Part shown: piece after piece, positions 58,270 through 64,000 of the stretch
Position numbering within the stretch: position 1 is the first letter of the stretch
How the letters are laid out: each line of letters begins with the position of its first letter
Assembly: GCF_009914755.1 (NCBI RefSeq)
Contig: NC_060938.1
From: the human T2T-CHM13v2.0 reference genome, Homo sapiens
Direction: 5' to 3' (one strand)
DNA length: 64,000 nt
Program-made: the position numbers and the translations under genes
Notes under the pieces: generated by a model
Databases searched by the model: none
Told to the model about the DNA's origin: nothing
What the model saw: the letters and a program-made list of their open reading frames with translations, nothing else

Positions 58270-61200
58270 ACGGAGTTGAAACTTTCTTTTCATAGAGTAG
58301 TTTTCAAAAACTCCTTTGGTAAAATCTGCAAGTTCACGTTTGGAGATCTTTGTGGCCTACGGTGGATAAGGAAATATCTTCACGTAAAAACTAGACAGAA
58401 GTATTTTCCGAAACTTCTTTGTGATGTGTGCATTTCACTCACAGAGTTGAAACTTTCTTCTGTTAGAGCAGTTTTGAAACACTCTTTTTGTAGAATCCGC
58501 AAGTGGACATTTGGAAAGCTTTGAGGCTTATGGTAGAAAAAGAAATATTTTCACATAAAAACCAGACAGAAGTATTCTCAGAAACTTCTTTGTGATGTTT
58601 ACATTCAACTGACAGTGTTGAACACAAATTTTCACAGAGCAGTTTTGAATCACTCTTTTCGTAGAATCTGCAAGTGGATATTTGTACTGCTTTGGGGCCT
58701 TTGTTGGAAACGGGAATATCTTCACATAAAATCAAGACAGAAGTATTCTCAGAAACTTCTTTGTGATGTGTGCATTCAAATCACAGACTTGAACCTTTCT
58801 TTTGATAGAGCAGTTTTGAAACACTCTTTTTGTAGAATCTGCAAGTGGATATTTGGACGGCTTTGAGGCCTTCGTTGGAAGCGGGAATATCTTGACATAT
58901 AAGCTAGACAGAAACATTCTCAGAAAGTTCTGTGTGATGAGTACATTCAGCTGACAGAGATGAACCCTTCTTTTGATAGAGCAGTTTTGAAACACTCCTT
59001 TTGTAGAATCTGCAAGTGCACAATTGGTGAGCTTTGAGGACTATGGTGGAAAAGGAAATATCTTTACATAAAAAGCAGACAGAGGCATTCTCAGAAACTT
59101 CTTTGTGATGTTTGCATTCAATTCACCGAGTTGAACATAACTTTTCATACAGCAGTTTTGAAACACTCTTTTCATAGAACCTGCAAGTGAATATTTGGAC
59201 TGCTTTGACTCCTTCATTGGAAACGGGAATATCCTCGCATAAAATCTAGACAGAAGCATTCTCAGAAACTTCTTTGTGATGTGTGCATTCAACTCAGAGA
59301 GTTGAACTTTTCCTTTTACAGAGTAGTTTTTAAAAACTCTTTTTGTAGAATCTGGATGTGCAAATTTGGAAATCATTAAGGCGTATGGTGTAAAAGGACA
59401 TTTCTTAACGTAAAAACCATACAGAAGCATCCTCAGAAACTACATCGTGATGTTTTCATTCAGCTCACAGAGTTGAACCTAACTTTTCATACAGCAGTTT
59501 GGAAACGCTCTTTTCATAGAATCTGCAAGTCGATATTTAGACTGCTTTTGAGGACTTCGTTGGAAACGGGAATATCTTCATATAAAAACTAAACAGAAGC
59601 ATTCTGAGAAACTTCGTGATGTGTGCATTCAACTCACAGAGTTGAATCTTTGTTTTGATAGAGCAGTTATGAAACACTTTTTTTGTAGAATCTGCAAGTG
59701 AACATTTGCAGTGCTTTGAGGCCTATGTTGGAAAAGGAAATATCTTCACATAAAAACCAGACGGAAGCATTCTCAGAAACTTCTTTGTGATGTTTCCTTT
59801 CAACTCACAGAGTAGAACATACCTGTTCATAGAGCAGTTCTGAAACACTCTTTTCGTAGAATCTGCAAGTGGATATTTGGACTGTTTTGAGGCCTTCGTT
59901 GGAAACGGGAATATCTTCACATATAAGCTATAGAGAAGAATTCTCAGAAACTTCTTTGTGATGTGTGCATTCAACTCACAGATTTGAACATTTCTTTTCA
60001 TACAGCAGTTCTGAAACAGTCTTTTTGTAGAATCTGCAAGTGGACATTTGGAGAGCTTCAAGGCCTGTGGTGGAAAAGGAAATCCCTTCAAATCAAAATT
60101 AGACAGAAGCATTCTCAGAAACTTCTTTGTGATGTTCGCATTCAACTCACAGAGTTGAACAAACCTTTTCTAAGAGCAGCTTTGAAACACTTTTTCCGTA
60201 GAATCTGCTAATGTATACTTGGACTGCTTTGAGGCCTTCATTGGAAACGGGAATATCTTCACATAAAATCTAGACAGAAGCATTCTCAGAAACTTCTTTG
60301 TGAAGTGTGCATTCAACTCACAAAGTTGAACATTTCTTTTGATAGAGCAGTTTTGAAACACTCTTTTTGTACAATCTGCTAGTGGACATTTGGATGATTT
60401 GAGACCTCTAGTGTAAAAGGAAATATCTTCACATAAAAACCAGAGAGAAGCACTCTCACAAATTTCTTTCTGATGTTTGCATTCAACTCACACAGTTGAA
60501 CCTACCTTTTCATACAGCAGTTTGGAAACACTCTATTCGTAGAATCTGCAATTGGATATTTGGGCTATATTGAGGCCTTCGTGGGAAACGGGAATATATT
60601 CACATAAAATCTAGACAGAAGCATTCTGAGAAACCTCTTTGTGATGAGTGCATTCAACTCACAGATTTGAACCTTTCTTCTGATAGAACAGTTTTGAAAA
60701 ACGCCTTTTGTAGAATCTGGAAGTAGACATTTGGAAACTTTGAGGTCTATGGTGGAAAAAGAAATATCTTCACATAAAAACCAGACAGAAGCATTCTCAG
60801 AAACTTCTTTCTGATGTTTGTATTAAACTCACAGAGTTGAACGTACCTTTTCATAGAGCAATTTTGAAACACTCTTTTCGTAGAATCTGGATATTTAGAC
60901 TGCTTTGAGGCCTTCGTAGGAAACGGGAATATCATCACATAAAAACTAAACAGAAGCATTCTGAGAAACTTCTTTGTGATGTGTGCATTCAACTCACAGG
61001 GTTGAACCTTTCTTTTGATAGAGTAGTTTTGAAACACTCTTTTTGTAGAATCTGCAAGTGAACATTTGCAGTGCTTTGGGGACTATGGTGAAAAAGAAAA
61101 TATCTTCACATAAAACAAAAAAGACGCATTCTCAGAAACTTCTTTGTGATGTTTCCTTTCAACTCACAGAATTGAACATACCTGTTCATAGAGCAGTTCT

Positions 61201-64000
61201 GAAACACTCTTTTCGTAGAATCTGCAAGTGGATATTTGGACTGTTTTGAGGCCTTTGTTGGAAACAGGAATATCTTCACATATAAGCTAGACAGAAGAAT
61301 TCTCAGAAACTTCTTTGTGATGTGTACATTCAAATCACAGAGTTGAACATTTCTTTTGATAGAGCAGTTCTGGAACACTCTTTTTGTAGAATCTGCAAGT
61401 GGACATTTGGAGAGCTTCGAGGTCTGTGGTGGAAAAGGAAATCTCTTCACAGAATAACTAGACAGAAGTATTCTCAGAAACTTCTTTGTGATGTTCGCAT
61501 TCAACTCAGAGTTGAACAAACCTTTTCTAAGAGCAGTTTGGAAACACTTTTTTTGTAGAATCTGCAAATGTATATTTGGACCGCATTGAGGTCTTCGTTG
61601 GAAGCGGGAATATCTACACATAAAAACTAGACAGAAGCATTCTCAAAAACTTCTTTGTGATTTGTGCATTCAACTCACAGAGTTGAACCTTTCTTTTGAT
61701 AGAACAGTTTTGAAACACTCCATTTGTAGAATCTGCAAATGTACAATTGGTGAGATTTGAGGCATATGGTCGAAAAGGAAATATCTTCAAATATAAAGCA
61801 GACAGAAGCATTCTCACAAATTTCTTTGTTATGTTTTCATTCAACTCACAGAGTTGAACATACCTTTTCTAAGAGCAGTTTTGAAACACTTTTTTCGTAG
61901 AATCTCCAGTGGATATTTGGACTGCTTTGAGGCCTTGGAGACGAGATTATCTTCACATTAAAACTAGGCAGAAGCATTCTCAGAAACATCTTTGTTATCT
62001 GAGCATTCAACTCACAGAGTTCAACCTTTCTTTTGATAGAGCAGCTTTGAAACACTATTTTGGTAAAATCTGCAAGTGGACATTTGGATATCTTTGTGGC
62101 CTACGTTGGAAAATGTAATATATTCAAATATAAACTAGGCAGAAGCATTCTCAGAAACTTCTTTGTGATGTGTGCATTCAGCTCACAGAGTTGAACCTTT
62201 CTTCTGGTAGACCAGTTTTAAAACACCCTTTTTGTAGAATCTGCAAGTAGATATTTGGAAAGCTTTGAAGCCTATGGTGGAAAAGGAAATGTCTTCACAT
62301 AAAAACCAGATAGAAGCATTCTCAGAAACTTCTTTATGATGTTTGCATTCAACTCACAGAGTTAAACGTAACTTTTCAAAGAGCAGTTTTGAAACGCTGT
62401 TTACGTAGAATCTACAAGTGGATATTTAGACTGCTTTGAGTTCTTCGTTGGAATCGGGAATATCTTCACAAAAAAAGTAGACAGAATCATTCTTAGAAAC
62501 TTCTTTGTGATGTGTGCATTCAACTCAGAGTTGAAACTTTCTTTTGATAGAGCAGTTTGGAAACACTCTTTTTGTAGAATCTGCAAGTGAGCATTTGTAG
62601 TGCTTTCAGGCCTATGGTGGGAAAGGAAATATCTTCACATAAAAACCAGACAGAAGCATTCTCAGAAACTACTTTGTGATGTGTGCATTCAACTCACAGA
62701 GTTGAACATACCTATTCATAGAGCAGTTCTGAAACGCTATTTTCATAGAATCTGCAAGTGGATATGTTGACCGGTTTGAGGCCTTCGTTGGAAATGTGAA
62801 TATCTTCACATATAAGCTAGACAGAAGTATTCTCCGAAACCTCTGTGTGATGAGTACATTCAACTGACAGAGTGGAGCCTTTCTTTTGATAGAGCAGTTT
62901 TGAAACACACTTTTTGTGGAATCTGCTAGTGGACATTTGGAAAGATTTGAGGCCTATTGTGGAGAAGGAAATATCTTCACATAAAAACCAGACAGAAGCA
63001 TTCACAGAAATTTCTTTGTGATGTGTGCATTCAACTCACAGTGTTGAACCTTTCTTTTGATAGAGCAGTTTTGAAACACTCTTTTGTAGAATCTGCAAGT
63101 GAACATTTGTAGCGCTTTGAGGCCTATGGTGGAAAAGGAAATATCTTCACATAAAAACCAGACAGAAGCATTCTCACAAACTTCTTTGTGAGGTTTGCAT
63201 TCAACTCACAGAGTTCAACCTACATTTTCCTACAGCAATTTTGAAACACTCTTTACATAAAATCTGCAATTGTATATTTTATTACATTCAGGCCTTCATT
63301 GGAAACGGGATTATCTTCATGTAAAACCTAGACAGAAGCATTCTCAGAAACTTGTTCGAGATGTGTGCATTCAACTTACGGTGTTGAACCTTTCTTTTCA
63401 TAGAACAGTTTTGAAACACTCTCTTTGTAGAATCTGCAAGTGGACATATGGAAAGCTTTGAGGCCTATGATGGAAAAAGAAGTATCCTCACAAAAAAACC
63501 ATATAGAAGCATTCTCACAAACTTCTCTGCGATGTTTGCATTCAACTCACAGAGTTGAACACACTTTTTCATACAGCTGTTTTGAAACACTCTTTTCGTA
63601 GTATCTACAAGTGGATATTTGGACTGCTTTGAGGCCTTCGTTGGAAACGGGAATATATTCACATAAAATATAGACAGAAGCATTCTCCGAAACTTCTTTG
63701 TGATGAGTATATTCAACTGACAGAGTAGAACCTTTCTTTTGATAGAGCAGTTTTGAAACACTCTTTTTGTAGAGTCTGCAAGTGTACATTTTGTGAGTTT
63801 GAGACCTATGGTGGAAAAGGATATATCTTCACATAAAAACCAGACAGAAGCATTCTGAGAAACTTCTTTGTGATGATTGCTTTCAATTCACAGAGTCGAA
63901 CATACCTTTTCATAAAGCTGTTTTGAAACACTCTTTTCTTACAATATGCAAGTGGTTATTTGGACTGCTTTGAGGCATTCGTTGGAAACGGGAATATCTT
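58270..64000 (+). repeat. Alpha satellite of the same A/B family, forward orientation, CENP-B boxes present
   Basis: Forward monomers; boxes with intact TTCG----A--CGGG core at 58870, 59555, 59894, 60577, 60912, 61593, 62443, 63636, 63977. Confidence 0.94.
59894..59910 (+). promoter_or_regulatory. CENP-B box (representative, plus strand)
   Basis: CTTCGTTGGAAACGGGA, an exact 17-mer. Confidence 0.92.

Noticed and set aside
48794-64000. Active centromeric HOR array
   Set aside because: Monomer order is irregular, copies are visibly diverged and more than half of the B boxes are broken.

Overview
Primate (human-like) pericentromeric satellite DNA with no host protein-coding gene. From left to right: diverged alpha satellite (171-bp monomers) in several families and both orientations (1-16628); a full-length, inactivated L1PA3-like LINE-1 (16629-22755) carrying a nested ~150-bp younger L1 3' end; minus-strand monomeric alpha satellite (22756-27816); a ~21-kb composite satellite of about 62 copies (manual count) of a ~60-bp antisense AluJ 3'-end fragment alternating with (CATTC/CACTC)n tracts, with nested higher-order structure (27817-48793); and CENP-B-box-bearing SF5/R1R2-like alpha satellite that switches strand at ~58270. 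Most notable: the Alu-pentamer composite array and its hierarchy; an L1 with no target-site duplication at an alpha strand and family switch; an inverted block whose internal order does not fit a simple inversion; and an inversion breakpoint inside the alpha monomer's own palindrome. Counts and coordinates were read by eye, and family assignments rely on remembered consensus sequences. Long ORFs outside the L1 are repeat artefacts.
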